64,000 nt of DNA from Chrysemys picta bellii (lineage: Eukaryota): NCBI RefSeq assembly GCF_011386835.1, contig NC_088804.1, positions 33,046,001 through 33,110,000 of the forward strand, given 5' to 3'. This document shows, one piece after another, positions 62,936-64,000 of this stretch. Under the pieces are notes generated by a model. That model was not told the origin of the DNA, searched no databases, and saw only the letters and a list, made by a program, of their open reading frames with translations. Position 1 is the stretch's first letter. Each line of letters opens with the position of its first letter. The translations under genes were made by a program, and so were the position numbers.

Positions 62936-63830
62936 TTAAGCAAAAGTTTGGAATTTGGCCAGGTAACTAGAGTTCACCCGTACGAATGAGAAAACTGCCC
63001 AGGGATGGCAATAAGCACCAGGAAGCCAGGACCTTAATCTTTATATCGCTTCTGAATGGTGGAGACTGACCAACATACTGACATATAGATGACTGCAAAT
63101 ATATTTTCTCTTCTTCCATTTTAAGCAATACATGCAACCACCCCTTCTCTGTCACCCTTTTCTTTGTTTCAGATATCTTTGCGTATTAGTATTAGTAATA
63201 AACTGCATAACATTATTTGGAAAAGGTTAAAATAGTTAAAATATTAATAAAATGAATTGCATAAATAGCTAGAAGCATATTGCTTTGAGCAATATTAATA
63301 ACCAGTTAATTTATCTGGATGGGAAGGTCTTCGGATTCATCAAAAGTAGTGCACCTAAATTTCTGCGTAGTGAAAATGAGTAATACTATACAAACATCTA
63401 CTTAATTCACTGAAGTGCTTTATTATATGTACAGAGAATTGGTACCAAGATGTCATGTTCTCATAATGAACACAATAAAGAATGAATGGTAATCACAGTA
63501 CCTATAAAATGTAAATGTTAGCAAGGTATTATATACAGATTAATGTACAGATTTCTATTCACAGTATATACTGCAAGCTCTCCTTTGTTCGACAACATCT
63601 CAGCTGCATAAGATAACACTCCGTGTATAACATCCTATTTATGACACTCATTGCTTTGCATGATGTAAAATGGATGGCTCCTGTAGGCTGTGCATGTGAG
63701 AGGGGAGAGAGACAGGCCTTTTAGAGAGATGCAGGAGATTTTTCAAATTAATTAAAAAAGTTAAATGGTTCTCCTGTTAATAGATAATCCTATCACCTTT
63801 TGGCACTGGCATGACAATAGGAATTCTCTA

Positions 63831-63898
63831 GGGCCTCAGATACACACGGGCATATTCCCACTGAGTTCAGTTGGATCTGCAGCTGTGTGTCTGAGGCC
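63831..63898. mobile_element. Tiny palindromic MITE
   Basis: GGCCTCAGATACAC / GTGTGTCTGAGGCC arms around a CCCACTGAGTTCAGT core. Confidence 0.65.
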
Positions 63899-64000
63899 AG
63901 AAGTGAAGTGCAGGATTGTATCTAAATAAGCAACTGTCAGGAATTTAATGGCAGTCTTTTGTTGGGGATAAGGAGTGGTTTTCTCCATGTAAACAGATTC

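Overview
Vertebrate nuclear DNA, almost certainly a turtle: it carries tortoise-type tRNA/CR1-tail Pol III SINEs and turtle-style Penelope, hAT and Harbinger elements. The window is intronic or intergenic. I recognise no protein-coding gene; the long six-frame ORFs lie inside GC-rich transposon remnants or have no recognisable motif. It holds at least 8 hAT-type non-autonomous elements with readable 8-bp TSDs, several PIF/Harbinger-like MITEs, CORE/MIR, 5S-derived and tortoise SINEs, CR1, L2 and RTE fragments, a decayed DIRS gag, and two 140-N gaps. Three observations stand out. (1) Three very short Penelope-derived insertions from different subfamilies, each flanked by a 12-17 bp duplication, keep a complete minimal hammerhead-ribozyme-like motif with sequence-divergent helix II; one forms a perfect 83-bp hairpin. 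(2) A 1-kb TAC...GTA element with a 6-bp TSD (IS3EU-like) interrupts an L2 reading frame and itself carries a nested hAT MITE. (3) A 1.5-kb hAT carries a higher-order, G-quadruplex-prone array. All family names come from pattern recognition, not database searches.
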